Notes: generated by a model not told the origin, from the sequence alone. DNA of 64,000 nucleotides from Pseudomonadota bacterium (GCA_041178425.1 JBEGVH010000031.1:32001-96000); one strand, 5' to 3'; counted from the stretch's first letter, positions 1-12,519 are shown. Numbers and translations: made by a program.

Positions 1-73
1 CTAATCTAGGACTTTCAATTTTCTTATCTCTCAAAAACTGAACTGATTTTTCAAAAACTTCTTTTACCTTCAT
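1..73 (-). CDS. prmC: Release factor glutamine methyltransferase, N-terminal fragment (runs off window start)
   Basis: Hand translation from ATG at 73: MKVKEVFEKSVQFLRDKKIESPRL, resembling the PrmC N-terminus; starts 1 nt after the prfA stop, the usual prfA-prmC order. Confidence 0.8.
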   Translation of the reverse strand, partial: MKVKEVFEKSVQFLRDKKIESPRL

Positions 74-74
74 C

Positions 75-1145
75 TTATTGTGACTGATTTTTTAAGGCTT
101 CCGCCTGAAAATACGCCAAGATAGGATCGATCAAAAGCTCTAGTTCCCCACTCATAACTGCATCAATCTGGTGAATTGTAAGACCAATTCGGTGGTCAGT
201 GATACGAGATTGAGGAAAATTATAGGTTCTTATCCGCTCAGAGCGATCACCCGATCCAATTTGAGCAAGACGAGTTTCAGAGGCCTCTTTTCGTTTCTTT
301 TCTTCTTCGAGCGCAGCTAGTTTTGAGTAGAGAATCTTCATCGCCTGTTCGCGGTTACCTAATTGAGATTTACCCTCTTGGCAAAAAACAATAATGCCCG
401 TGGGCAAGTGAGTCACCCGAACTGCGGAATCCGTCGTATTAACAGATTGACCTCCTGCTCCTTGAGAGCGAGTCACGTCAATTCGAAGATCTTTTGGATC
501 AATTTTCAATTCTGTTTCTTCTTGCTCAGGAATGATGGCAACCGTCACTGTAGAAGTGTGGATTCGGCCTTGAGTTTCCGTCTTTGGTACTCTCTGAACA
601 CGATGAACTCCACTCTCCACTTTCAATCGGCCATAGACACCATCACCACTAACACTCGCAATGACTTCCTTCACTCCACCAACGTTTCCTTCAGACATCG
701 AAAGAAGTTTTACTGACCATCCTTGTTTCTGGGAGTATTGAGTGTAGGCCCTGAATAATTCATCAGCAAAAAGGCTCGCCTCATCGCCACCGGTTCCAGC
801 TCGAATCTCAACAAGAACATTTTTATCGTTGTTAGGATCTTTGGGTAGCAACAAGATTTTCAACTCATCTTCCATTGCAGGAATTTCAAGTTCAAGTTGC
901 TTAATTTCTTCCTTTAGAAGCTCACGCATTTCAGGGTCTTTTTCCCCTTGGAGCAAGTCGATATTGGACTCGTGATCTTGTTTCTTTTTTTTGTATCCAC
1001 GATAAAAACTAACCACTTTTTCTAAGTTGGACAGCTCCTTCATAAGACTTCTATACTGAGTTTGATTTGAAGCAACATCAGGCCGCTGCAGCTGGAGATT
1101 AACCTCTTCGTAACGAGATTCAACTTCACTTAACTTAGAAAACAT
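75..1145 (-). CDS. prfA: Peptide chain release factor 1
   Basis: GGQ motif (GAGGQSVN), PxT anticodon motif (RVPKTE), [11 protein letters not shown]. Confidence 0.98.
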   Translation of the reverse strand: MFSKLSEVESRYEEVNLQLQRPDVASNQTQYRSLMKELSNLEKVVSFYRGYKKKKQDHESNIDLLQGEKDPEMRELLKEEIKQLELEIPAMEDELKILLLPKDPNNDKNVLVEIRAGTGGDEASLFADELFRAYTQYSQKQGWSVKLLSMSEGNVGGVKEVIASVSGDGVYGRLKVESGVHRVQRVPKTETQGRIHTSTVTVAIIPEQEETELKIDPKDLRIDVTRSQGAGGQSVNTTDSAVRVTHLPTGIIVFCQEGKSQLGNREQAMKILYSKLAALEEEKKRKEASETRLAQIGSGDRSERIRTYNFPQSRITDHRIGLTIHQIDAVMSGELELLIDPILAYFQAEALKNQSQ

Positions 1146-1231
1146 TTGAGACCCTCAAAAGGGAGAAACATTATTGATAATTGTGTATCAAAAATAAAGG
1201 AACGATTCTAGTAAGAATCTCTAGAATCTCT

Positions 1232-1266
1232 AAAAATAAAAATGCGGCCCCTGTATAGGACCGCAT
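1232..1266 (-). terminator. Intrinsic terminator downstream of rpmE
   Basis: Minus strand ATGCGGTCC-loop-GGGCCGCAT followed by TTTTATTTTT. Confidence 0.65.
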
Positions 1267-1292
1267 CCGCTCTAACTCTAAAACGTAGATCT

Positions 1293-1541
1293 TTACTTCT
1301 TAGATCCGTATTTCTTACGGAAACGGTCAATACGACCTTCAGTATCGATTACACGCTGTTTACCAGTGAAAAATGGGTGTGATGCAGAAGAAATTTCCAC
1401 CTTGATCACAGGATACTCTTTGCCATCTTCCCACTTAACAGTCTCTTTTGAGTTCAATGTTGATTTACCCAAAAAGGCATAATCACATGATACATCTTTA
1501 AATACGACATCTCTTAATTCGGGATGAATACTTTTTTTCAT
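1293..1541 (-). CDS. rpmE: 50S ribosomal protein L31, type B (Zn-free)
   Basis: MKKSIHP...[23 protein letters not shown]; no CxC/CxxC zinc ligands; rho-rpmE-prfA order. Confidence 0.95.
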   Translation of the reverse strand: MKKSIHPELRDVVFKDVSCDYAFLGKSTLNSKETVKWEDGKEYPVIKVEISSASHPFFTGKQRVIDTEGRIDRFRKKYGSKK

Positions 1542-1667
1542 CTTTTCGTCCCCTTCTTATTCCAGAAGCCATAGCCTATACTACACTATGGCACCGCTTG
1601 TCGAGCCCATTCTCTCGAACTTTCAACAAGTTTTTAAGGTTGTAATAAATTCAATGGTTTCAGCGGC

Positions 1668-3503
1668 TTAGTTGCCACTCATACCATTGAGGAATTCCTT
1701 GTTAGTTTTAGTAGACCCTAATTTATCCAACAAAAACTCCATGCTATCAATAACATTCATTGGCGCAAGGACCTTACGAAGGATCCATAAACGGTTTAAA
1801 TCTACCTTTTCGATCAATAAGTCTTCCTTACGAGTTCCAGATTTATTGATGTCCATACATGGGAAAATACGCTTTTCCATGAGTTTACGATCTAGGTGGA
1901 TTTCGGCATTACCCGTACCCTTAAATTCTTCAAAAATAACCTCATCCATACGAGAGCCCGTATCGATAAGCGCGGTAGCAATGATCGTCAAGCTGCCGCC
2001 CTCTTCGATATTTCTCGCCGCACCGAAAAAGCGCTTGGGTTTGTGAAGAGCGTTTGAATCCACACCGCCCGATAAAATTTTACCTGAAGGTGGAACAACA
2101 GTGTTGTACGCTCGTGCCAATCGCGTAATCGAGTCGAGCAAAATAACAACATCATGCTTGTGCTCTACTAAGCGTTTTGCTTTCTCAAGAACCATTTCTG
2201 CAACTTGAACGTGACGAGTCGGAGGCTCATCAAAAGTGGAGCTGACGACCTCCCCTTTTACGTTTCTCGACATGTCTGTCACTTCCTCAGGACGCTCATC
2301 GATGAGCAAAACGATGAGTTTAACATCGGGCTGATTGGCCGATATAGCATTGGCAATATTCTGCATCAAAACGGTTTTACCAGTACGCGGAGGAGCAACA
2401 ATCAACGCTCTTTGGCCCTTACCGAGCGGGGCCATCAAATCTACAACACGAGTGGTGTATTCGCCCGGATTATACTCTAAACGAAGCCTTTGGTTCGGAT
2501 AAAGAGGGGTGAGGTTATCAAAAAGAATCTTATCTTTGCTCTTCTCTGGTGTCTCAAAATTTAATGAGTCGACTTTTAAAAGTGCAAAATATCTCTCACC
2601 ATCTTTTGGCGGTCGCACAGTACCTGTAATTGTGTCACCGGTTCTCAAACCAAATCGGCGAATCTGGGAGGGGCTAACATAAATATCGTCTGGCCCCGGA
2701 AGATAGTTATAATCTGGTGAACGTAAAAACCCGTACCCATCAGGGAGAATTTCTAAAACACCACTACCATAAATGTCTTCCCCTAGGCGAGCCGCTCTCT
2801 TTAGGACTTCAAACACCATGTCCTGACGACGCATACCCGCAGCATTTTCAATTTTAAGCTTGAGGGCAAGATTTGTTAGATCCGCTATGTTTTTTGATTT
2901 TAAATCTTTAGAGTTGAGCTCGCTCTTTTCAGCGTCAGTCAAATTGATATCAGCTAAATCAACTTCGGAGTTCGCCTGAGGCTGAGATCCTCCGTCATTG
3001 CCTCCACCCGCAAAATCCTCTTGGCCATAACTAGAATGGCGGCCCGATTGCTGTCTATCTTGTCGGTGGTCTTGGCGATGATCCTGACGACCATCTTGGC
3101 CTCTGAAATCTTTGCGATAACCATCTTTACGATAACCACCATTATTGTTGTTATAGCGATTCTTATCAAATTTCTTCTGAAATCCCCCGCGATCCCGAGC
3201 TGGCTCAGAGGTTTCGGTATTTGGAGTGTTAGAGCCCGGAGTGGGCTGCTGAGAGGGCGTTGACTCCGCCGATTTCTCTATGCCTGGAGCAGCAGCTTGA
3301 TTAACGGAAGCCTTTTCTGTTGATTCGGAATGAGATGCCGCAGCGGCAGCCTCTAACGGTGGGGGCGCGGAAACAAGTGCTTCATTTGATTGTGAAATTT
3401 GTTCGGCGCTGCTCTCTGAGCTTGAAGCTTCTTTTTTGGCATCGATAGCCTTTGTTCTTCGAGGCTTCTTAACCTCTGCGCTTGCATCTTTAGTTTCAGA
3501 CAA
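1668..3503 (-). CDS. rho: Transcription termination factor Rho with long disordered N-terminal extension
   Basis: GYGFLR and [15 protein letters not shown]-binding motifs, Walker [20 protein letters not shown]; start placed at TTG 3503 behind an AAGGAG Shine-Dalgarno (the ORF track extends to 3611). Confidence 0.97.
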   Translation of the reverse strand: MSETKDASAEVKKPRRTKAIDAKKEASSSESSAEQISQSNEALVSAPPPLEAAAAASHSESTEKASVNQAAAPGIEKSAESTPSQQPTPGSNTPNTETSEPARDRGGFQKKFDKNRYNNNNGGYRKDGYRKDFRGQDGRQDHRQDHRQDRQQSGRHSSYGQEDFAGGGNDGGSQPQANSEVDLADINLTDAEKSELNSKDLKSKNIADLTNLALKLKIENAAGMRRQDMVFEVLKRAARLGEDIYGSGVLEILPDGYGFLRSPDYNYLPGPDDIYVSPSQIRRFGLRTGDTITGTVRPPKDGERYFALLKVDSLNFETPEKSKDKILFDNLTPLYPNQRLRLEYNPGEYTTRVVDLMAPLGKGQRALIVAPPRTGKTVLMQNIANAISANQPDVKLIVLLIDERPEEVTDMSRNVKGEVVSSTFDEPPTRHVQVAEMVLEKAKRLVEHKHDVVILLDSITRLARAYNTVVPPSGKILSGGVDSNALHKPKRFFGAARNIEEGGSLTIIATALIDTGSRMDEVIFEEFKGTGNAEIHLDRKLMEKRIFPCMDINKSGTRKEDLLIEKVDLNRLWILRKVLAPMNVIDSMEFLLDKLGSTKTNKEFLNGMSGN

Positions 3504-3742
3504 AGGGAACTCCTTGATAATCGGTATTGAATAAGTAAGATTGCAAATAAAGATTTGTACTAATGACGTCTTTGACCATTTTAGGTTGGCCTCAAACAAG
3601 ACCTTTGTCAACTTGAAACTTTTTGAGCCGGGGAGGGGTAGCCTAAAGGGCCTGCAAAATCTTAAAATAACTCGCTTTATTGTACCAAATCGATAAGCCC
3701 ACTGATTTTTTAAAATAATTCCAGTATCTGGTTCATACTAAT

Positions 3743-3770
3743 TAAAGCTCCTGCACGTAACTGCCGAAAA
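3743..3770 (+). promoter_or_regulatory. Putative sigma28 (FliA) promoter of the PilZ gene
   Basis: TAAAG-N15-GCCGAAAA, close to consensus TAAA-N15/16-GCCGATAA, 28 nt upstream of the ATG. Confidence 0.65.
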
Positions 3771-3798
3771 GGATTTTATTGAGAGACAAGGAGTTTTT

Positions 3799-4164
3799 AT
3801 GTCTTTAGAAAAGTCGGCTGCCCCCCGCTTGTCCTTGGCGATGAGCGTAGAGTTTCGGAAGAGTTATTCTCGTCAAATGAGTTCTGGCACCTTGAGAAAT
3901 ATAAGCCTTTCTGGCGCCTTTCTTGATACATCAACTGAATCATTAATGAGTGGAGACAAGTTGCAGATTGTTCTCAATGTAGGCGCAAGAGTAAGAAAAG
4001 TCTCCGCAGAAATAGTATGGAAAAACCAAAAAGGTGTGGGTTTGAAATTCAATCATTCAAACAATCGCGATTTACAGATTGTCGACGACCTCATGTATTT
4101 TGCAGAGAACAAGCGCGAAACCCAGAAAGACTTACTTGGAGACATCTTTGATAAAGTCAGCTAA
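3799..4164 (+). CDS. Stand-alone PilZ-domain protein (c-di-GMP receptor family)
   Basis: NISLSGAFL (D/NxSxxG motif), xxxPR N-terminal switch, IVW..GVGLKF; AAGGAG RBS. Confidence 0.85.
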   Translation: MSLEKSAAPRLSLAMSVEFRKSYSRQMSSGTLRNISLSGAFLDTSTESLMSGDKLQIVLNVGARVRKVSAEIVWKNQKGVGLKFNHSNNRDLQIVDDLMYFAENKRETQKDLLGDIFDKVS

Positions 4165-4263
4165 ACCAATGCTCTCTCTTCAATCTTGAAAGATGCAACC
4201 CCGTTAAACGAATCTATTATCGGGGCAACTAAATAAACACGAAATTCAGATCGTCGAAGAAAT

Positions 4264-4297
4264 AAAAAAAGCGCCTCATATGAGGCGCTCCTTTTTT
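4264..4297. terminator. Bidirectional intrinsic terminator between the PilZ and LysM genes
   Basis: A7-GCGCCTCATATGAGGCGCT-CC-T6: perfect inverted repeat between convergent genes. Confidence 0.85.
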
Positions 4298-4312
4298 GTA
4301 GTGTAATCAATT

Positions 4313-5605
4313 TTACCCTACGTGAGTTTTTTCGTCGAAGGCTTGCTGTTCGGCTGCAGCCTGAGCGGCCTTTCGTCTTCTGATCACAATAATCAAGGCC
4401 ATCAATGCGACAAGACCTGCGCCACCGAAAATTATCGGTGTCATATCTTCTCCGGCTTCGGCACCTTCTCCCTCTTCAGCGGGAACCTCTTCGCCATCAG
4501 CTGATGCCATCGCTTCAGAGGGTGGTGGAGGTGGAGGCGGCGGCGGTGGTGGCGGTGGGGGCGGTGGTGGAGGCGGCGGCGGTTCATTCATCGCCACTTG
4601 GCCCTGCGCTGGCTCCATTGGGGGTGGTGGAACATCATTGGTTGGCGGCGGTGGTGGTGGTGGTGGCTCATTCATTGCTACGGGCGGCGCAGGAGGGGGC
4701 ACAATATTATTTTGATTCTGAGCCAATGTTGGCGCAGGCGCGGACGCCTCTGTACCCTTCCAATATCTAAGAACCAACCCAGCACTCAGGGCTCCTTTAG
4801 ATTCAATTGAATTTGTAGCCCACAGCTCCTTCCAGTTATTTTCATTTCCCAAAAGCTGTTTAGCGACGCTTTTAAGATTATCGCCTTCATTAGTTACATA
4901 AGTGAGCGGTATATCGCCGCGATCTTCGAAGTAGTTTAAAAGTTTAACTGAATCTTCTGATCGAGCCACTGAATTATAATAAACTTTGTCTCCAACTTTT
5001 AACTCGCGATGAGAAAGTGAATTGTTCCATTTTTTCAGTTCTTTGGCAGCAGCCTGCGAGCTCAACGTTTTCTCTGCCACCGACTTCCAGGTATCACCCT
5101 TTCTTGCTAGATAAACGGTATTCATCCATTTTCCGTTTTTCTCAAAAGGAGCAGCAACAACTTTTAAATAAGGTGCCGATGGCTTTGGTGCTGGTTTTTC
5201 CTCAGGGAGCGGTTCGTTAGCCATAGGGAGACTAGCAAAGTCGTTTTGAGCAACTGAAGTGGAGTTGTCCGATGGAAGCTCTGGGGGAGGTGCTTCATTG
5301 GCCATTGATGGCGGCGGAGCAATTGGAACCTCTGGTGGCGCTTCAGAGGCAGGAGCCGTTTCCGGTGCTGCCGCGAACTCAGAAGTTGGCGCCTCAGTTG
5401 GTGCTTCACTTGGAGCCTCAGCTTCAGCTACTGCCTCGCTACTCTCTTCGCTGCCCTCTTCTGATGCCTCGGCGGTTTCTTCGCCTTCTGATGAAGATTC
5501 TTCAACTGCTGATTCTTCTTCCTCTTCGGCGCCGCCTGACGAACAATTCGTCAAGTAGATGGCGCTCGTGAGGCACAAGAGCATCAATAGCAATTTCTTT
5601 CCCAT
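4313..5605 (-). CDS. Proline-rich envelope protein: lipoprotein-type signal, two LysM-like modules, polyproline linker, C-terminal TM helix
   Basis: MGKKLLLMLLCLTSAIYLTNC; Y-x-(ARK/TNE)GD-x-(W/L)-x-SVA LysM-like repeats; 21-Pro run; hydrophobic helix followed by RRRK; start at ATG 5605 behind AGGGG. Confidence 0.75.
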   Translation of the reverse strand: MGKKLLLMLLCLTSAIYLTNCSSGGAEEEEESAVEESSSEGEETAEASEEGSEESSEAVAEAEAPSEAPTEAPTSEFAAAPETAPASEAPPEVPIAPPPSMANEAPPPELPSDNSTSVAQNDFASLPMANEPLPEEKPAPKPSAPYLKVVAAPFEKNGKWMNTVYLARKGDTWKSVAEKTLSSQAAAKELKKWNNSLSHRELKVGDKVYYNSVARSEDSVKLLNYFEDRGDIPLTYVTNEGDNLKSVAKQLLGNENNWKELWATNSIESKGALSAGLVLRYWKGTEASAPAPTLAQNQNNIVPPPAPPVAMNEPPPPPPPPTNDVPPPPMEPAQGQVAMNEPPPPPPPPPPPPPPPPPPPPPSEAMASADGEEVPAEEGEGAEAGEDMTPIIFGGAGLVALMALIIVIRRRKAAQAAAEQQAFDEKTHVG

Positions 5606-5737
5606 AAATTCGTCCCCTGAATTGGATTTCAAAAACGATCTTCGTCTCATACTTTAAAAGTAATTGATCTTTAATGAATTCTGCAACTAGGCTTCGCTAA
5701 AAGAAAAGAAAGCCAGACTTTGACTGGCCCAAAGAAC

Positions 5738-6196
5738 TTATTTTTTTATAAATAATTCTAGTTTGTCACCGACTTTAATGTGGTTTTCTTTAAACCAGCC
5801 TCGCCTCATTTCTAGGGCATATTGGGCTGGGTTTGAGCTTTCATAAACGGGCAGATTGGTTTGCATTTCAGAAGAAACCGCCACCATTTCGAGAGTCTGC
5901 AATAGCACTCTATCGCGAGAAAAAAAACCAATCGATAAATTAACAAAGGTATTCTTCATCCAAAAAGAAAGCTTTTGCTCTCTTGGAAAAATAAAGAGCA
6001 TGCCTTCGTTAATGCCAATTTTTTTTCGAAACATCATTCCATGCTGTAGTTTTTCATGATTATCTGCGAGCTCCACTTGCAAAATCTTACTTCCTACTTT
6101 GATTTTTATTTTTTGAAAATCGGGATTTGCCTGCGCAAGAGAAGTCTCCAAAAATAAGAATGCCATAATCGATGATATCAAGAAGAGCCTAATCAT
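5738..6196 (-). CDS. DUF192 family secreted protein
   Basis: VELAD..GMMFR..GMLFIF..FWMKNT..YALEM..GW motifs; signal peptide from MIRLFLISS (ATG 6196). Confidence 0.88.
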   Translation of the reverse strand: MIRLFLISSIMAFLFLETSLAQANPDFQKIKIKVGSKILQVELADNHEKLQHGMMFRKKIGINEGMLFIFPREQKLSFWMKNTFVNLSIGFFSRDRVLLQTLEMVAVSSEMQTNLPVYESSNPAQYALEMRRGWFKENHIKVGDKLELFIKK

Positions 6197-7109
6197 TGAT
6201 CTCCTCTTCCGCTGCCAGCAAACGGGCCAAACCAAAACGAAGCCCTCGAGTAGAAACAGTGATTTGGTTTTTACCAATCACTCCAAGAACTCCAATAAGA
6301 ATCATCACTCCCACGCCTATTACATCGGAGCGCCCCTTAGGAATAGTATAGTTTGCTTCAATCTGTTCAGGTGTCATTGCTAATAGGCGCGAACGCCAAT
6401 TTTCTAGTTCCTCTAGATTAAATGTGTAGCCCTGGATTTTTTCTGGATCGAAGCCACCCAACGCAGCGGCGGCAAGTGTCGTTGGGGTGCCAGCAACGGC
6501 AACCACTGAGCTCAAATCTTGTGTTGTATTTTGTTGGAACCCTGAAAAACTGTTTAAGATTTCGTGTTCAATTTCTTTTTGAACCGACGCCGAAATTGGA
6601 AAATCGGTCACAAATTTCTCTTTTAGCTTAACGACACCGATTTCAAAGCTTTTTTTATAAGTTATATTACCAGCCGCTCCAACAATAAGCTCTGTTGAAC
6701 CGCCTCCAATATCGATCACCAAGGTTTTTTGCAGGAGGTTCGCTCCCGTGAGGGCGCCCCGATAAGTAATTTTACCTTCAAGATCTCCAGAAATTACTTT
6801 TATTGGAATCCCCAGAGATTCACCTATCATGATTAATTGGTCACCGTTAGAGGCTTTCCTTGCTGCAGCCGTCGCGACGGCCAAAATTCTATCTGGAGAG
6901 TATTTTTTAATTTCCTGGCTGAAGCGCTCCAGACAAAGTCGCGCTCTTTCAAGTGCCTCTTCACAAAGCCTGTTAGACTCAGCCAAACCTTGGCCGAGTC
7001 TAACAACTTCAACTATATCTTTTTGAATGCTGATTTTACCCTCGTCATCGACATCTGCAATTAGACAAAGAAAGGTATTTGACCCGAGGTCGAGGGAGGC
7101 GACTCTCAT
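6189..7109 (-). CDS. ppx: Ppx/GppA family exopolyphosphatase (short form)
   Basis: DLGSNTF, VATAAARKASN and DIGGGSTE ASKHA motifs. Confidence 0.9.
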   Translation of the reverse strand: MRVASLDLGSNTFLCLIADVDDEGKISIQKDIVEVVRLGQGLAESNRLCEEALERARLCLERFSQEIKKYSPDRILAVATAAARKASNGDQLIMIGESLGIPIKVISGDLEGKITYRGALTGANLLQKTLVIDIGGGSTELIVGAAGNITYKKSFEIGVVKLKEKFVTDFPISASVQKEIEHEILNSFSGFQQNTTQDLSSVVAVAGTPTTLAAAALGGFDPEKIQGYTFNLEELENWRSRLLAMTPEQIEANYTIPKGRSDVIGVGVMILIGVLGVIGKNQITVSTRGLRFGLARLLAAEEEIND

Positions 7110-7113
7110 CGAT

Positions 7114-8547
7114 CTAGCCTTTGAGCTTATCGGTTAAAATCTGATTCAATAGTTCCGGATTAGCCTGACCCTGTGTTGCTTTCATCGCTTGGCCAACAAA
7201 AAAGCCAAACAATTTGGTTTTACCCGAACGGTATTCAGCTACCGGACCTGGATTCTTTGCAATAAGGTCATCGATCACGGCCCCAATTGCTCCGGGATCG
7301 GTGATCTGCACTAAACCTTTTTCTTTCACGACTACAGCTGGATCTTTGCTGGTCTTCCACATTTCGGCAAAAACCGTTTTGGCAATCTTTCCAGAAATTG
7401 TTCCTTTATCAATCAATGCAACGAGCTGTCCTAGTTGTGTTGCAGCAATAGGCGATTGCTGAATGGAAAGTTTAGCTTCATTCAATTCTCGCAACAACTC
7501 GGTCATAACCCAGTTAGACGCGCTCTTAGCATTCTGACAAATTTTGACGGCTGCCTCAAAATACTCAGCTAAATCTCTTTCGGTAGTCAAGACTTCAGAA
7601 TCATAGAGAGGAAGACCATACTCCGACTGAAAGCGCTCTAGCTTTTGGCGAGGTAATTCGGGGAGCTCTTCCTTTGCCTTTTTTAAATGGGCGTCCGTCA
7701 GAATCACAGGGAGCAAATCGGGCTCAGGGAAGTAGCGATAGTCTTGCGCGTCTTCTTTTGTGCGCATCGTGAATGTTCGATTTTTGTCTGGATCATAGAG
7801 TCGCGTCTCTTGAACAATTTTTTCTCCTCGTTCAACAGCTTCAATTTGTCTCTCAATTTCGAAATCAATCGCCTTCTCAACAAACCTAAATGAATTGATA
7901 TTTTTAATTTCTACTCGAGTTCCAAACTTGGTGTCGCCCATTTTGCGGACACTCACATTGCAGTCACAACGCATGGATCCTTCTTCAAGATTCCCGTCGC
8001 AAACATTAAGGTATCGAAGTATTTGACGAACCGTCCGCGCATATTCCCCAGCTTCTTTGCCCGTGCGCAAATCTGGCCCCGACACGATTTCCAAGAGCGG
8101 TATGCCGCTGCGATTGAGATTGATAAGAGTGTAGTCTCCTTGGTGCGTCGACTTTCCCGCATCTTCCTCAAGGTGAGCGCGAGTGATCGAGATTCTCTTG
8201 GTCGCACCATCTAACTGAAGGTCGACAAAACCATGCTCGCAGATTGGCAGATCATACTGAGAAATTTGGTAGCCCTTTGGCAAATCGGGATAAAAATAGT
8301 TTTTCCGAGAGAAAACTGATTTGCGTCGAATCTCACAGTTTAGTGCCAATCCAGTACGGATCGCATAATCGATTGCTTTTTTGTTTATAACCGGGAGAGC
8401 CCCGGGCATTCCAACGCTCACTGTTGAGGTGTTCTCGTTGTCGCCGGCCTCAAACTCAGTCGAGTCCATGCTAAACATTTTCGTTCTAGTTTTTAATTGC
8501 GCGTGAATTTCTAGGCCAATAACAGCCTCATATCCGTTAGATGACAT
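7114..8547 (-). CDS. gatB: Asp/Glu-tRNA amidotransferase subunit B
   Basis: YEAVIGLEIHAQL, RKNYFYPDLPKGYQISQ, DYRYFPEPDL; start at ATG 8547 (MSSNGYE). Confidence 0.97.
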   Translation of the reverse strand: MSSNGYEAVIGLEIHAQLKTRTKMFSMDSTEFEAGDNENTSTVSVGMPGALPVINKKAIDYAIRTGLALNCEIRRKSVFSRKNYFYPDLPKGYQISQYDLPICEHGFVDLQLDGATKRISITRAHLEEDAGKSTHQGDYTLINLNRSGIPLLEIVSGPDLRTGKEAGEYARTVRQILRYLNVCDGNLEEGSMRCDCNVSVRKMGDTKFGTRVEIKNINSFRFVEKAIDFEIERQIEAVERGEKIVQETRLYDPDKNRTFTMRTKEDAQDYRYFPEPDLLPVILTDAHLKKAKEELPELPRQKLERFQSEYGLPLYDSEVLTTERDLAEYFEAAVKICQNAKSASNWVMTELLRELNEAKLSIQQSPIAATQLGQLVALIDKGTISGKIAKTVFAEMWKTSKDPAVVVKEKGLVQITDPGAIGAVIDDLIAKNPGPVAEYRSGKTKLFGFFVGQAMKATQGQANPELLNQILTDKLKG

Positions 8548-10009
8548 TTGGTCTCCTATCAGAAATATTCGCAGCGGCCTCGAGTGCTGAAGCAACGGCA
8601 AAAAGTTTCTCTTCTTGAAAGTGGGTCGCAGTGAGCTGGATTCCGATTGGCATTCCCTGGGCTGAGAATCCAAACGGCACGCTCATTCCGGGGAGTCCGG
8701 CAAGGTTGGTCGACGTTGTGAATATATCGTTAAGGTACATTGCGAGCGGATCAGAAATTCGCTCACCAATCTTAAATGCCGCTGTCGTCGATACCGGGCT
8801 CAAGATGACATCACATTTTTCGAAAGCAGACTGAAACTCTTGAGTTAATAACCTTCGAACCTGACCAGCTTTATTGTAGTAAGCATCGTAATACCCAGAA
8901 GAAAGGGCATAGGTCCCAAGCATAATACGACGTTGAACCTCTTCACCAAAACCTTGCCCTCTATTCTTGCAATAGAATTTTTCAAGCTCAACCGCAGATA
9001 GATTTTGATAATCAGCTCTGTAACCATATCGTACCCCATCGTAACGAGCGAGATTACTCGAGGCTTCACTGGCAGCAACGAGATAGTAAATAGGGACCGC
9101 ATACTGGGTTAACGGAACTTGCACTTCAACAACCTCAGCGCCGAGAGACTTAGCTGTAGCAATTGCATTTTCGACGGTCTTTCGAACATCCGCACTGATC
9201 GCATCGGTTTCATATTCACGAATCAATCCTATTTTCATTCCCTTGAGGTCTTTGCGAAGACTCTGTGTGAACGTGGGAACTGATTTCTGGCTTGACGTGG
9301 AATCGTGTATGTCGTGACCAGAAATAACCTCCAACATTTCCGCAGCATCTGCGACCGTTGACGTCATTGGGCCTGCCTGATCCAAACTAGAGGCATAGGC
9401 AACTATGCCGTAGCGACTGACTCTCCCATAGGTTGGCTTAATGCCAACTATTCCGCAGAAGCTCGCTGGCTGACGAATTGAACCACCCGTGTCTGTTCCA
9501 ATACTTGCCACGGCTAATCGAGCCGCCTGGGCCGCCGCTGACCCACCACTTGATCCTCCCGGAACACAATCTAGGTTCCATGGATTTTTAACAGAACCGT
9601 AAAATGACGTTTCATTGCTGGAGCCCATGGCAAACTCATCAAGATTTGTTTTGCCAATGACTAGTGCTCCTGCTTTTTTTAACTTCGCCACAACTGTGGA
9701 GTCATAGGGCGGAACAAAATTGTTCAACATTTTTGATGCAGCCGTAGTTTTGATGCCCTTGGTACAAAGCATGTCTTTGATGGCCAAAGGGAGTCCCGCA
9801 AGTGGTCCTACATTTTCGCCAGCAGCGATTCGCTTATCCAATTCACGCGCATCATCCATCACCCTCTCATTGACGGTGATAAAAGAGTTTAATTTGGGAT
9901 CGAGTTCCTTGATTCGATTTAAAAAGGCCTCAGATAATTGAGTTGCCGACAACTCTCTTTGTTGAATCTTTTTTCGCAGTTCTGCGATACTTAAATCAAT
10001 AATTGCCAT
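8537..10009 (-). CDS. gatA: Asp/Glu-tRNA amidotransferase subunit A
   Basis: Amidase signature GGSSGGSAAA and GTDTGGSIRQPA; GKTNLDEFAMGSS. Confidence 0.97.
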   Translation of the reverse strand: MAIIDLSIAELRKKIQQRELSATQLSEAFLNRIKELDPKLNSFITVNERVMDDARELDKRIAAGENVGPLAGLPLAIKDMLCTKGIKTTAASKMLNNFVPPYDSTVVAKLKKAGALVIGKTNLDEFAMGSSNETSFYGSVKNPWNLDCVPGGSSGGSAAAQAARLAVASIGTDTGGSIRQPASFCGIVGIKPTYGRVSRYGIVAYASSLDQAGPMTSTVADAAEMLEVISGHDIHDSTSSQKSVPTFTQSLRKDLKGMKIGLIREYETDAISADVRKTVENAIATAKSLGAEVVEVQVPLTQYAVPIYYLVAASEASSNLARYDGVRYGYRADYQNLSAVELEKFYCKNRGQGFGEEVQRRIMLGTYALSSGYYDAYYNKAGQVRRLLTQEFQSAFEKCDVILSPVSTTAAFKIGERISDPLAMYLNDIFTTSTNLAGLPGMSVPFGFSAQGMPIGIQLTATHFQEEKLFAVASALEAAANISDRRPNVI

Positions 10010-10036
10010 GTTCGATTCCTCTCCAGAAGCTAGTTG

Positions 10037-10318
10037 CTATATAACGGGTGGCACTCGAAATAAGTGACCGATTTTGTCTGGTGCATTTGCCAATATTTCA
10101 TCAGGAGTTAACTCCTGTACGACGTCATCTTCTCGCCAATAAGCTTCGATCTCTGTTGGCGTTACAAGAGGCTCAACTCCCACTGTAGAAACCTGAGCGA
10201 TCTGCTCAAAATGCTTTAGTACTCGAGGAAGTTGTTCGGCATGCTCACGAGCCTTCTCTGGACTCAGTTCCAAGCGCGCCAACAATGCAATTTTCTCAAT
10301 ATCCGCCAAATCAATCAT
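10037..10318 (-). CDS. gatC: Asp/Glu-tRNA amidotransferase subunit C
   Basis: IALLARLEL...REDDV...LANAP..F.VP; directly upstream of gatA. Confidence 0.93.
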   Translation of the reverse strand: MIDLADIEKIALLARLELSPEKAREHAEQLPRVLKHFEQIAQVSTVGVEPLVTPTEIEAYWREDDVVQELTPDEILANAPDKIGHLFRVPPVI

Positions 10319-10438
10319 TCGGCCTCCTTCACTTGTTATTCAGGTATTTTGTAACAAAAAAAATACCCGTTTTCATTCTATTGTAGTAGAGCCCCAAAGA
10401 TCTAATGCCTTGCATCTCAAACCTATAAAAAGTATTAA

Positions 10439-12469
<2,031 letters not shown>

Positions 12470-12519
12470 AGACAAGCCCTCTTGCCCTCTCCCCCTCGAC
12501 TTTTTGAGCCTAAAACAAC

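Noticed and set aside
3630..3637. GGGGAGGG KOPS-like octamer
   Set aside because: Single occurrence, oriented towards rather than away from oriC; expected by chance
4322..5571. Several plus-strand ORFs (Trp-, Val/Ala- and Ser-rich) opposite the LysM gene
   Set aside because: Shadow frames of the low-complexity Pro/Glu-rich coding strand
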